NCBI GenBank assembly: GCA_951406725.2
Contig: OX597819.1
Span: forward strand, 45,074,001 to 45,138,000
Length of the DNA stretch: 64,000 bases
Source: Octopus vulgaris
Lineage: Eukaryota
Direction of reading: 5' to 3'
The notes beneath the pieces are model-generated. The model was not told the origin of the DNA. It worked only from the letters and a program-made list of their open reading frames with translations, and searched no databases. The first letter of the stretch is position 1. The number at the start of each line of letters is the position of its first letter. The position numbers and the translations under genes were made by a program. Positions 40,150-55,066 of this stretch are shown here, one piece after another.

Positions 40150-40394
40150 TATGTATGTCTGTCTCTATTGAGTTTAATCAGTTAACTTCTACCACTGAAC
40201 GTGCTGGTTTTTAACTAAGATTCAAAGCTCAACCTTTGGAATTTAGATATCAGAAATAATGTCATAGTTTGAACTTGAGAAAAGTCTTGCATAGTCTTAC
40301 TGTGTCACTTACAGTTTGTATTTGTAATGTGCATATCAGTTGGGTGATTTCTTTTTCTGAAAATCCAAGCTTATCCAGACTGGCTGTTAATCAT
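40150..40394 (-). mobile_element. 3' end of an RLE-type (R4/Dong-like) non-LTR element at (TATG)n
   Basis: Minus strand translates to LTASLDKLGFSEKEITQLICTLQIQTVSDTVRLCKTFLKFKL*, homologous to 54929-55066. Confidence 0.6.
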
Positions 40395-40512
40395 TGAATG
40401 TATGTATGTATGTACTTATGTATGTATGTATGTATGTATGTTTGTATGTATGTATGTATGTATGTATGTATGTATGTATGTATGTATGTATGTATGTATG
40501 TATTCATGTATG

Positions 40513-40543
<31 letters not shown>

Positions 40544-40749
40544 ATATGTATGCATGTATGTATGTACGTACGCATGTATGCGTGTGCGTATAATCGCGAG
40601 AGTATATTTTACTTTCTTATGTAACTCTATAGGAATATAGATGTTTGTACCTGATTTGTTTTTGTTTTCTATTTGTATATACCTAACATTATGAATACAC
40701 TTCTGTACTGTAACTGTGGATAAGTTTGTATATCGATTTATCTATTCTT

Positions 40750-40847
<98 letters not shown>

Positions 40848-41991
40848 CTTTATAATTCTAGTACTATATCTTTCTACCTATGTCTGCCTATCATCCCATG
40901 TATTATTTCAACAACCACACGCCCAATTTATTCATCTAGGTTTTGTTTAATTATCCTATAAATCATTTACAAATATAATACTATTTATTTTCTTTCAAGT
41001 GAATCCATTAATTTCTGCTCACAGTTTACTTCATACAAGCACACGTGCATGTGGAAATTTTTGTTTATGTGTGTGTATATATGTGCATTACTATAGTGTG
41101 TGTATGTGTGTATGAGTGTGTGTTTTCATATTCATATATATATATATATATGTTGTTCCAGTTTAATATACTCAATTATATTCTACTCCGTTTATAAATC
41201 AAGTTAAATATCTTCGATGGTTGAAGTAGAATTTTCTTGTTGCTCATGCTGTTACAGTTCTTGTCGTCCACGCTCTTTTAAAGCGTAACGAAATCTGCTT
41301 GCGGTATTTATATGCTCTTATCGAAAACATATAACTGACAAGAGTTATATATTACCTTTGAAAAATTTTGAATGATGAGGAATAACGCACATGGAATCTT
41401 TTTCTTTCTCTCTCTGTCTTTTTTTTTTCTTCCTCAAATGCCCTTTGATTGCCTATGATAAGATCTGCTAAAAAAAATGAGGTAGCGTTAAGCTATTTAT
41501 AATTGATAGTGAAATTTAAACTCAGCACTAGTCACGTAAAATATCAACTAAAGACAGCGTGAATTTTGGGAAAATTGGACAAATAAATGAATATAAATAT
41601 AACATTACATATGCATAATACAGCACCTCGCCTTCATATTGGATTACATGTACACCATTAACACTGGGAACATTAATAACGCTTTTAAGACACTTCCCAA
41701 GTGAAGAGCTTCTTTTGTCGTTAAGACACAACCAATAAGTCTTTATAATGATGTTTGTTCATTATTTAGTGTAATATAATATGAATGATTGTAGATTGTG
41801 TAGTTTTGTGTTTTTCTTTTCTATCTAAATAATAATTTTTACACTGAATAAACTATCGATTGATATATAGGAATTCAGTTTATTCGGCCATTGCTATTGA
41901 TACAAGTATATGTATATATGTATGTGTATATATATATGTGCGTGTATACACATTCATACATTATATATATACTTATATATATGCATATGCA

Positions 41992-42052
<61 letters not shown>

Positions 42053-42081
42053 GTCTGTCTGTATGTCTGTCTGTATATCTG

Positions 42082-42142
<61 letters not shown>

Positions 42143-42177
42143 TTATCTCTTTGTCTGTCTGTCTGTATATCTGTCTG

Positions 42178-42238
<61 letters not shown>

Positions 42239-42364
42239 TTATCTATCTATCTGTCTGTCTGTATATCTATCTATCTATCTATCTATCTATTTATCTGTCT
42301 ATCTATCTCTATATCTATCTCTCTCTCTCTATATATATATATATGTGTGTGTGTGTATATATAT

Positions 42365-42401
<37 letters not shown>

Positions 42402-44200
42402 TGTGTGTATGTGTGTGTGCGTATAAATTTGTACATGTATGTATGCCACATTTACATGGGTAATTGACATAATAACATCAAAGGAAACTTCTAACAATAT
42501 TAGCCAATGAAAATTGTGAGAAACCGTCAGGAGTGGCTAACTGTCGCACCCAAATGCGAGCCAACTAATGAGCCCAGAATCTGCTTCAATGTGATGGAAA
42601 TATACCAATTAATCATCGTAACGTGTGTTTTCCAGTTTCTATTTGGAGAACTTGACTACCATGTTGTTCATAAAACTTAATACATCAGCATGAACACGGT
42701 TACGAAAAGGACCCCATATTCGTTTTGTAAATTAACTGTATCAGCTAAAATTAACAATTCATTGACAAATAAGCTGCGTTAAGGCTTTTATTATAATGTA
42801 AGAAAAATTGGTTTCTAAAAGAAAACAGCGAGAACAATCTTGCAGATAGAGAAAAGTATAGCAATGTTAGTATAAACATAGCGGTGGGTCAAATTCAGTT
42901 TCCGGTTTACCGCCATCTATTAGTTACTGGATTCATTTAGAGGAAGAATTGGTAAAACACATATCCTTATCCTCACAAAGTTGTGCTGCAGTACTTAAGC
43001 TGTAAAGAATCAACAACACCAATCTATGTAAGCTATACTTCTCTTGAATAATTTATAAAGCATAAAATCTCATTATTACAGAAAATAATTATATGAAGCT
43101 GCGTAGGTTGTTTTTCTACCTCAGAAATATTTTGGAACGAACTGAGCTGGGAAATGTAGAAGAATTGTTGAAATAGGAAAAAAAGAAAGTCATCTCTTTC
43201 GAATGTCTATAACGGCAGTTAAATATGTTGTGCGGAGAAATTCGTTTACTAACGTTATACTATTCTTGCGAAAGCGATTTTATTGTCAATTGGTAACAGG
43301 TCAGCCCTGATCAAGTACAACCTACATAATGTTTCGGACACTTTATGTGATGCAGTCTTTTAAAATTTTTAAATGGTCATGTATGATTTGAAGAAATGTC
43401 GCTCCCTGCAGTAACAAATTTCATTACAAGCGTGTGGTGTGCATGTATGTGTATACTCACATAGATCTATGTGTACATGTATATGAATATATATAAATAT
43501 TCCCCATGCTGGATCGCTGAAATCTACAAATTTTTTTTACATTCTCTCTCTGTTTATTTTCTCCTATTTCTTTGTTGAAGAACGTAGGCTCGAAACGTAA
43601 GAAACTTTTTCATTTTTCCCGAACGTCAAATTAATACACCCGTTTGTTGTTCATACACCTGTCTCCATGCATACACATATACATCCATCTATCCATCCAT
43701 CCATCCATCCATCCATCCATACATACATAAATACATACATACATACATACATACATACATACATACATACATACATACACATACATACATACATACATAT
43801 ATATGCTTACATGTATTCATATACATATCTACATACACTTCAGTATATATAGATACATGTTGGTGTATGTGTCAGTGAGTGTGGATATGTGCGCAATACA
43901 ACCTAGCTCAGCATAAGTTCTTTTTATGTCAGAAGCAATTCTTTGTCTTGTGTTGAAATAATTTTGGACTCATGACATTGAAACGAGAACATATGCGCTC
44001 ATTACTCCAAATATACCAAGATTTAAATCAACTTGAATATATATCAGTGTGTATGCAGTTTGAATCAGGAAGATTGTCCAACAAACAACGACAACAAGGC
44101 ATTCAGAAATCTTACCTGAATGACACAAAACTGAACTGAAACCACTGTGTAGGTGCGTCTTCGTGAATCTTTATTGGCGAAAGGGACAAGAGACCAACAG

Positions 44201-44261
<61 letters not shown>

Positions 44262-44862
44262 CTGGATAATTTCTTTTCCTCCCTCTATTGTGGTAAAAGA
44301 TTGGTATATACTCAAAAGTATTCATAAATTTCTTTCCTTTTGTTATAATAATCTTCTTAGTAATCCTCTGAATAACCATATACTTTAAGTGTATACAATA
44401 TAGCAACATTGTTAAAAATATTTAGCTATAGTACTACATGATAAAACTTCCCCTGTTTCATTGTCAATGGCCTGCTCCCCCTTAATTTTCAGCTAACATC
44501 TTGTTTCAAGTTTTCCTCATCATATTGATTCTAATAAGTCTTGATTTTTATGACTATACCAACTATGATGTCTGTCTGCTTCTTCAGCCCTACCCCTGAC
44601 AGATACTGCCCTCTGTTCTCTCAGCCTTAGATATACAAGGGATTTGATAAACTAGTGAATAAATTAAAGCTGACCCCATAAAAACAAAAGAGTTAGTGAC
44701 AGGCAGAATCTGTAACAATGTATATCTTCTTGAAAACTTAGTAACTCCTATACTGGAGAGGGACAGCCTATTCTTTGTCTATCTCTTTAACTTCTTGGAG
44801 ATTTTAGGTATAATTATACTAATGTGTCCATCTGTTCTAATTTAATTAACTTCACCTCTTTG

Positions 44863-44949
44863 TGCAGCTGAAGATTGCTCTGCATTTAAAATTGATGTAA
44901 TGATTGCATTGTTCATTTAAATGGAGTTGCATGAAACGATCGTATTGCA
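44863..44949 (+). ncRNA. Type I hammerhead ribozyme with extended stem II, intact core
   Basis: tgcag-CTGAAGA-ttgc..catttaaa...tttaaatg..gcat-GAAAC-gatc-GTA-ttgca, at the end of a TA-flanked insert (44253-44975). Confidence 0.8.
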
Positions 44950-44984
44950 TTACCTCTGGATATTGTTATTGCTTATATATATAT

Positions 44985-45063
<79 letters not shown>

Positions 45064-45246
45064 CGTGAGGGTACATGGCTTAGTGATTAGAATGTTGCGC
45101 TCACGATCACCATATCGTAATTTCAGTCCCTAGACCGGATGCTTAGTTATGCTCTTGAACAAATCGTTTCACCTCAAGTTGTTCTGCGATCACATCACTT
45201 CGACACCTGACGCATGGCATACAGTGCACCTGTATATACAATGCAC

Positions 45247-45277
<31 letters not shown>

Positions 45278-45278
<1 letters not shown>

Positions 45279-45670
45279 GCGCATGCGTGGCTGTGTGGTA
45301 AGAAGCTTGCTTCCCAACCACATGGTTCCGAGTTCAGTCCCACTGCGTGGCATCTTGGGCAAGTGTCTTCTGCTATAGCCTCGGGCCAACCAAAGCCTTG
45401 TGAGTGGATTTGGTAGACGGAAACTGAAAGAAGCCCGTTGTATATATGTATATATATATATATGTGTGTTTGTGTACCTGTGTTTGTCCCCCTAGCATTG
45501 CTTGACAACCAATGCTGGTGTGTTTACGTCCCCGTCACTTAGCGGTTCAGCAAAATAGACCGATAGGATAAGTACTGGGCTTACAAAGAATTAGTCCCAG
45601 GGTCGATTTGCTCGATTAAAGGCGGTGCTCCAGCATGGCCGCAGTCAAATGACTGAAACAAGTAAAACAG
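45278..45670 (+). mobile_element. SINE family A, full length
   Basis: TGGCTGTGTGG A box, GAGTTCAGTCC B box, internal microsatellite, GACTGAAACAAGTAAAA tail. Confidence 0.88.
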
Positions 45671-45689
45671 TAAACAGTATATATACTTA

Positions 45690-46200
45690 TGGAGCTCACA
45701 ACGGCTTTGGTTGACAGACGGATGGCAAAGTAGTCTTTTCCCTCAACATCACATTTGCTGCCGTAGTCTGAAGGCGTTTAGACGATACGTTTCTTTTTAC
45801 TGCCGCTCTAAATGCGAAGTTTGCATTCCGTTCAGGCTTGCTCTTGCCGGATCTGGCTTTAATTTAGCATCTTGAAATTTCAACATGATTTTAAAGACTT
45901 TCCTTCTCGAAACACTAAACACCGCAGCAGTTTGAGAGACTAAAGCTCTATTCACCCACGCTCCAGCAATTTTGATTTCTTTGGAATTCAGACGGTTTAA
46001 CACATTTTAACCTACTTTTAACATATAAGAATATAAATATCAGTACAACGAAAACTAGAGGATTATATCACGATGTTCAAAGTATAAATAATGAAGATAT
46101 ACATATACACACAGAGATAGGAACAGTTTTGAAGTGGCCATATTGTCAATGGAAATATTAGCTAAATAATATTGGTGTTTCCATTATTTTGTGCGCCCAA
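45690..46200 (-). mobile_element. Tc1-like transposon 5' remnant
   Basis: ORF IAGAWVNRALVSQTAAVFSVSRRKVFKIMLKF resembles the Tc1 N-terminal HTH; TIR-like GGTGTTTCCATTATTTTGTG at ~46174. Confidence 0.55.
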
Positions 46201-46315
46201 TATATACAAATATATATGCACCCACACATACCAAGCATATACATACATTCATACATATATATATACATACATATACATATGTGTGCGTGTGTGATTATGT
46301 ATTCGGGTATGTGCG

Positions 46316-46361
<46 letters not shown>

Positions 46362-46770
46362 AACTGACTGTTTTGTTTTACAACTGGTACATGCACGTTA
46401 ATTTGTCTAATAAAATATAATGCCTACTGCAACGTAGTTTAGTGTGGTGTGTAATAACAGTGATACCATGAGGTCATGCAATTTAATAAGACGTCGTACT
46501 TGAACACTATATATTTATCGAAAGGAAAGACAGTTGATGCTGGATTAGACTATTAACTGAGGGAATTACAATCAGTTATATGTTATGATCTGGGCGATGA
46601 AGGCGGTGACAACGACGATGATGAAGACGATGACGAAGGCGCCGACGATGACAATAAAGAATACAGATGATGGTAAGGTTAATGATGACGCTCAAAATGA
46701 TAATTATCATGATGATGGAAAACACAATGACGTTGGTGTTACTGCTGAATATAGTAATATTGCTCTGCAC

Positions 46771-46815
<45 letters not shown>

Positions 46816-46887
46816 TGTATATAGATATTTGTGTGTGTGAATGTGTGTGCGTATATATAGCTATATATATACATATATAAGTATATG

Positions 46888-46970
<83 letters not shown>

Positions 46971-47250
46971 GTGTTTGTGTGTTTATGTTTAAATCGATAT
47001 CCCACAACTTACAACGTAGTTAATGGCGTGTGGCACATAGGAGAACTGAAGACACAAACTTAACAATATATTACACACACATCAACAAACTCACACACAC
47101 AATAACACACACACATGTACACCAACATATATTCACTAGTACTAATAATCAGTGAACTAAAATACGCACATACAAACAATCCTCATAAGCTAATATATGT
47201 TTCAATACATACACACACACACATACTCACACACATATATATGTATATTT

Positions 47251-47319
<69 letters not shown>

Positions 47320-47736
47320 CACACATACGCATAACATGTATGGGTACTTATATATTGGTCTGAAATTGTTTGCGTTTGTAACACTCAATTGCATTCACTC
47401 TTTCTCTTTCTTATATGCTCCCTCTCTCTGTCTCTCTCTTTCTCTCTCTCCTTAGTTCTCTCTCTTTCATCTGATTACTCCTCTCGCCCCGTCTTTCTCA
47501 GCTTCTCCAGCTCGATCGCAAAGTGTCCCTTAATACATCAAATCATCCATGCATCCAGACGTACATACACACGTACATCCATGTATGCATAGATTCATAA
47601 TCATGAACATATATAGGCACACATATATACGCACAAAACAATGAATGCGGAACGACTACAATTTTTTTTCAGTTTATTCAGGACTTAATTGAAAAGTGAT
47701 GTCGGCAAGTCTCAAATATTAGTCCACTAACAATGC

Positions 47737-47783
<47 letters not shown>

Positions 47784-48108
47784 TGTTTGTTTGTGCGTGT
47801 GTGCGCGTGTGTGTGTATATACTTATGTATATGTGTATATATATATATATATGTATATATATGTATATATATGTATATATATATGTATATATATATACAT
47901 ATATGTATATATACATATACATATCTACATATATATATGTATATATATATACGTATATATATACATATATATATATAATATTTACGTATATATATGCATA
48001 TATATATTTGTATATATATATATATAGATAGATAGATAGATACATAGATATAAAGATATATAGACATACGTACGTATATCCATCTCTCTATGTATCTCCT
48101 TGTATGCG

Positions 48109-48186
<78 letters not shown>

Positions 48187-48337
48187 CAGAGAGAGAGACA
48201 GAGACAGAGAGAAATTAATACGTATGTGTATGAATGTATGAACGTATCTGTGTATACAGAGAGATAAAGAAACAGATAGATCATATATATATCCAAATCT
48301 ATATCTATCAATGTATCTAGCTAGTTGTCTGTCGGTC

Positions 48338-48407
<70 letters not shown>

Positions 48408-48438
48408 TAGATAGATAGATTGACAGATAGATATATAT

Positions 48439-48476
<38 letters not shown>

Positions 48477-48672
48477 TCTAGACATTTTCTTTCTTTCCCT
48501 CTGTCTTCCTCTCTACGCATACATTAATATACATACGTAGAGAAACGTACAGAAGCACATAAACCCCTATGCATATGCCGACACAATGACACATACCAAA
48601 AGCTATACGTATGTGCACGTGTTTGCGTGTGTGTGTGTGAATATATGTGTGAGTTGTGTGTCTGAGCCACAT

Positions 48673-48714
<42 letters not shown>

Positions 48715-48879
48715 GCTGATTGAATACAATAATGTTAACCCTGGTGTTCGTTAAATTGATGTAAAAGTGATAAAGTCTATAATATCGTTCTCGATTTCAC
48801 CTTACATACATACATACATACATATATACCTGTGTATGAATTTTTCTATGCGTGTATGTATGTACGTACATAATAATTA

Positions 48880-48940
<61 letters not shown>

Positions 48941-51900
48941 TTATGTATATATATATATGTATATACATGTGTATATATATGTATATATATATATATAATT
49001 ATATATATACATTTTATATATAATATATAATCATGTATATATAATCATATATATATATATGTACTTATGCACACGTACATGAATTCACACATACGCATGT
49101 ACACACACATACACACAAACATACATATGTATTTGTGTGGGAGAGGGAGTGTTCATACTTGTAGTGTGTTGCAATATTATTTTATTTTATTTTTCGTGTA
49201 TTGCTATCACAGTCCTTGTTGTTTTCTATAATATTGTTTTCTTGTCATAGTACTTTTACTAATGGTGGCTCTGGCTGGTATTTTATTGACGTATATATAG
49301 TATACGTGGTTTTGTTGGTGATCAGATAATGTCATATAATGGTGAGTGATGCTGCTTAATGTATATCGCCATCATCGAAATAGAATACCTGAAATTGTTT
49401 ACATAGATACTTGCAGAACATAGATAGCAATCGACAAAAATAATAATAAAAAGAAAAAGAAATATAAATAATAAAGATGGCTACGTAGGCTACTGGGGCG
49501 GCGGTGCTTCCCATAATCTAGTTGACGTTGCGGTGTCATCGTTGAATTCTTCGTTTCCACGAAGACGATATAATGGAGCCATTCCATCGATTATGCATTT
49601 CTCTGGTAATAACTTACTTCGTGTCAATGTAACATTCCATCATGGAACCTTCGTTATTTTACTTATTGTTGTTGTTGTCATTGATGTTATTAATGTTATT
49701 CTTGCTGTTGTTATGGTAGAAGGTGCTGTTGTAGTTTTTGCTTTCGTTGTGGGCCTCCTTTTCGCCCAGGTCAGATTTGATTGAACAGACTTATGATTAA
49801 GGGCATTTTGGCGCTAGTAATCCCATCTTTATTCAGGCACTCTGTATCTTGAATATCATTATTATCATAATTGCCTTCATTTTTTTAAAGACAGAAAATT
49901 GTAATTTTATGGATTCATTTTGTCATTAGCTGTGGATTTGGCTGCTGGCTTTTCTTCGGAAAGAACTTCGGAATGTTGTTTTATAGATGCAACAGATTTT
50001 AGGGAACTTCATAGTCCTGTTACTCAAGGGGCCACCTTTCAAACTTTTCGTCCCTTCTCTATCTCAGAGTGCCTTTGCGTTACGCTTTGTACCTTTACTA
50101 TTCAACTTATGCTATATGTTATCATTTCACAATATTATTGCAAGCCTAGATTGTAGTAAACTTAATTTGCCGCCCAGTTGACAACCACGATCTGTCATCT
50201 TAGGCAGTTTTAACGGACATGACTATGTCTTTTTCCCTCCCACAAGTCTATGTGTCTTTTTATTGGATCATGAGTACACTATTCCCTCTTTACCGATTGT
50301 AAATTATGCTATAGGCACAATCGTTAATTATATTGTGTTACCAATGCTTATTTGCTTAAGTCTTATATCGCTCTGTTGTATATTTATAATGTCTATACTG
50401 AATCACTAAAAATTTACTTTACTGGATCTTTTTATAGTGCTATGCTGCCGATGAGATATCAGCTCTCAAACTATCAGCCAGCGTACTTCATATTTGATCT
50501 GCCATCTGAGGCTCACACCTTCATAGAAAAGTAGATAAAGGCTTCTGCACTTAGTCATACAGTGAATTTCTTTGTTTTGTTATAAGAAAAGAATCCGGGA
50601 GCTCTTAAGATATCGTCGGACCTGATACGTAAAAAGCAAAGCTAAATATTTCTCCAACCACATCTTTCAGTTACAAAAATTGAAGGCTCCTTGGGATAAT
50701 ATAGACCTAGATATGCTGTGTCTGAATAAAATATAACATCATCACTATCACATTTAAAATGCTATTGATTTTAAAATTGCGGGATGAAGTCTAACCACTG
50801 TTTTACTCTCTAACACTGAATTCTTAAGTGTTGGCCAAACAATCTTAGTCTTGGTCTCGAATCAACCAGATCATCTTCCTGTATGTTATATTCTATCCAG
50901 TAGAAACAGCTGTCACATCTCCCTCAACTCATATTTGATTATGTATTCTTATTCCTAACCACACAAGTCACAAAGAAATTAGGAAGAAAAAATATGACTA
51001 GATGGTTATAACTTGAACTACTTAGATAAACACTAGTTGATTCGATGAGTGTTGATCTGGGTTTAAGCAACAACAATAACAACAAATTTATTCTATTTTT
51101 GAATAAGAGGGAACATAATTGATTCTCGTAAGTAAATTTTCTACTTAGCTACTCTGTTATGATGAGTAAATTTCTGTTTGTAAAGAATGAACAAAATCTG
51201 ATGTATCTGACTAGACCCTTTCGGTGGAGAATAGTTAAGTAATGGACGTCTAAAGTGAAACAAAGTTCACTCGTTCTTCACTTTCAACCAGCATTACTTA
51301 AATTTGTTATTAGATTTCTTCCCTACTCGTGACAATTAAACTGATAGATATTTAGAGACATTCTTGGAGTTAATACCATCTTATGCTAGTCATTGTAAGT
51401 CCTAGCTATTGCCATAGAAATCTATGATACGGTGCTTGGCATAGAGTTACTGTAAGTGTTAGGTATGATATCGTAAAGAATAGATACATCAATAATTAAT
51501 GACAGTAACAGTGTGAATACGAACACTTACGTTGTGTTGTTATTTGCTTATGATCCTTATGCTTTTAAAGCCGAAAGGAGATAAACATAAAATCAAAGAT
51601 GTTTCAGCCGTGACCATCACAACATTTTTTCCTCAAACTTATCCACAGTGTCATTGCCATTCTTTTTTTTTTCTGTGATAGAGTGTCGCTTGAGGGAGAT
51701 TTCGCTTCTGTTTCGAGCATACTAGGTGACAATATAAAAGTTCCTCCACCTGTCTCTTGCATTGGGTCGTCGAAGAGAGGGAATTAAATCTTTCAATGTG
51801 CATAGAGGGCAAGTTAAGTAATAAATGGTTTAAGCCATAATATGTGAAAAGGGGCACTATCAGAGAAACTCAGTCTAAACGGATCGTCGTATTTAGTTCG

Positions 51901-52299
51901 AAGTCCTTAAAATTTTTAATTGATCTCGAACAAGAGTTGAATTGTTGTTCATTATTGATTTCTCCATTTTTTTCGCTATGTTTTCCATCTTATTTGCAAA
52001 GGTTTTGATATTCTTATAAGAGTAACTCTGAAAATGCATCCACTTCCCTCAGGAATTCCTGTGGTTCCTACAAATAACAGTAAAATTAAACTGGTAGTAT
52101 TGCTGTTCACGTCTGTTTTCATCATGACAAAAATTACATGGTGAAGACTTTTTAAAAATCGCTGTTGCTATTTTATTATTGAGTTTTATCTTTGGAACTT
52201 TCATTCACAGACAGAAAGGAATACTTATTTTTGAAAATTATTTTAGTATTTCCAGCGTATGATCATCATGTACTTGATTTCCTTTTTCATAAATCTTAA

Positions 52300-52429
52300 G
52301 ATTCATTTTATTTCTAATTTTGCTCCCAACGATCTTTTTAAACCATACTATTACTTGAGTGCTGATACTTCCAAATGCAGCAATTACTATTGGTATCATG
52401 TCTGCTGTCTTCTTTGACCACAACCTTCG

Positions 52430-52430
<1 letters not shown>
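52300..52430 (-). mobile_element. Short R4/Dong-like RLE C-terminal fragment
   Basis: RRLWSKKTADMIPIVIAAFGSIS (compare RLW....VIP.VIGALG); abuts (AAT)n 52430-52483. Confidence 0.55.
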
Positions 52431-52483
<53 letters not shown>

Positions 52484-52484
<1 letters not shown>

Positions 52485-53460
52485 GTTTATGTTTGAACTT
52501 TGCTTTGCATTTGTACAAGTTGGCTCCTAGTCTCACCCAGAGACCTCAAGAGACAACAAGTTAGAAGTTCATGTTGGTGTTATGCTTAGGGTGCCATATA
52601 TTTGGTTTGCACATAGTATTGTTCTAGAGAATGTTTAAGAAGCCATAAGAAAATTATGTTTGTTTTAACATTTGAGATTACATAGACAGTGTTTTACGTA
52701 GGATATGGGCAGTTCGCATGAGCACTATCTTTTGAATTTCTGCCATTTTAGGGTTTCCTGGTGCCTGAGCTAGGTAGCAATTAGCTCCTTTTTCTATCAT
52801 TATTAGGGCACCTATGACAACAGGTACTGTTTTTGTCTTCAGGTTCCAAACTTTGCTAATTTCTATTTCAAGATCTTTATACTTGCTCAGTTTTGGTAGG
52901 TCTTGACAGATACGTTTATATTGATTGGGGCAGTCATATCAATGAGGAGGCATGATTTTTGTTTGAAGTCTTTCAATATGATGTCTGGCCTATTTGCATC
53001 TATCTTTCTGTCAGTTTGAATGGTGAAATTCCAGAGGAGTGAATTGTGACCATTTTCAAGCACTGGAGGTGGTTTGTGTTCCCACCTGCTTTTATCATGG
53101 GGCAAGTCCGCAAATTACCCAGTGAATATATTGTGCAGCTGGATCATGCCTGTTGAGATATTCGGTAGGCGCTAAAAGACTACACATAGAGACAAAATAA
53201 TCAATGGTTTCATTTTGTGGTTGACATACAAGGCATGTTGGTAAGCTGCCGTTCTATAATATGTTGGCTTGGTAGTTACTTGTAGGTAGGCATTGATCTT
53301 GGGCTGCTATGATAAGCCCTTCTGTTTCCGATTTTAAGTCAGAAGCCATTAGCCACTGATGGGTAAAGTCTTTGTCAACATCGGCATTATTCATCTCTTT
53401 CGGTATTTGCCATTGAGAGGGATTTCTTGCCATTTATCAGTCAGAATATCTAAGGGAGCA
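52484..53460 (-). mobile_element. R4/Dong-clade non-LTR retrotransposon, 5'-truncated (CCHC + restriction-like endonuclease + 3' UTR) ending in (TAA)n
   Basis: LKSETEGLIIAAQDQ...CLVCQPQNETIDY..SMC..LAPTEYLNRHD...IHW...LLWNFTIQTDRKIDANRPDI...IDM...KYKDLEIEISKVW...PVVIGAL...IQKIVLMRTAHILRKTLSM*, with frameshifts. Confidence 0.9.
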
Positions 53461-53480
53461 GTTGTAGCACGGGTTTTCTC

Positions 53481-53609
53481 ATTCTTCTTCTTCTTCTTCT
53501 TCTTCTTCTTCTTCTTCTTCTTCTTCTTCTTCTTCTTCTTCTTCTTCTTCTTCTTCTTCTTCTTCTTCTTCTTCTTCTTCTTCTTCTTCTTCTTCTTCTT
53601 CTTCTTCTC

Positions 53610-53680
<71 letters not shown>
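53481..53680. repeat. Compound trinucleotide microsatellite (TTC)n-(TTA)n-(TAG)n
   Basis: Direct reading. Confidence 0.95.
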
Positions 53681-53681
<1 letters not shown>

Positions 53682-53865
53682 AGTAGGTAGAAATTAGACT
53701 GTCTTCTGGTGATACACCTAATAATGAATTAAGTATAAGTAGTAATACTAGGACTTAATTCATCACTTTGCCTATCTCTGAGATCTTGAATAAAACATTT
53801 CTTTTTCTCATAATCAGCACAAACGCCATTAACACAGATTCATCACGTGTATATGTGTGTGTATG

Positions 53866-53898
<33 letters not shown>

Positions 53899-54042
53899 GT
53901 ACAAACGTAAGTACAGATGCATACATACACGACATGACTATATGAATGCGTTTATTCATGTATGTATATATGTATATGTTGTACTTATATACATATGTGT
54001 ATATATGTCAATATACTTATTCATGGAATATATATATATATA

Positions 54043-54137
<95 letters not shown>

Positions 54138-54839
54138 TATGTTTATATATGAACACATATTTATGTGCAGACAGAGAAGTCTTGAAACTGATATTTACAC
54201 TTATGCATACAACAATAAATATAATTTGCGAAAATATCCATAGCATATTCCGTTTAAGCACACAGACCACCCACAGTCATCTCTAAATCTTCAGCTAATT
54301 AACAAAATTCAGAGCACACATCATATTTCCTACATATAATACACAAACAGTCGTTACGTTACTCACATATAAATATACAGTACATGACGTTAACCACGTT
54401 GTTAATATAGGGACAAATTCTTCGTGAATTTAAGAACGAAAACGCTCACATACACAGCCACAAACAGACAGACATAGGCGAACTAACTCTCACACATGTA
54501 AACACACACAAATATATAGACGCATATACATAGACATCCATTATAATATTATATTATACAGCAGGGATGTTCCATATAGAACATATACATGTACTCTGCG
54601 CTCTTGCTCCATTCAATATTTTCTTAACAATTTGGATTTTGCAGTTAACTCCCTTCCTTCTCTGGTTAGGACTAATTTTGAAATGTGTTATCTTTTATGT
54701 TTTATGTGTTTCAATGATTGAAATTCGGCCAACCTGGTGCACTGCCTTAGAGGATTTTAGTGCAATAAATGAACTCCCATTGTATGTATGTATGTATGTA
54801 TGTATGTATGTATGTATGTATGTATGTATGTATGTATGT

Positions 54840-55066
54840 GTCTCTTCTAGTTTTGAATATTATAAATCTTCTACTGAGGAGGGAGCCAGTTTCCAACAAA
54901 GATAGAAGGCTCCATCTTTGGGACAAATTCACATTTGGAACATGAGAAAAGTCTTGCATATTTTTATTGTTCCCCTCACAGATTGGACTTGTAATGTACG
55001 AATCAGCCGGTCAGTTTCACTTTCTAAAAATCCCAATTTATCCAGAGTCTCCTTCAAGCATTTACT
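54840..55066 (-). mobile_element. 3' end of RLE-type non-LTR element inserted in (TATG)n
   Basis: SKCLKETLDKLGFLESETDRLIRTLQVQSVRGTIKICKTFLMFQM*; (TATG)n lies on both sides. Confidence 0.65.
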
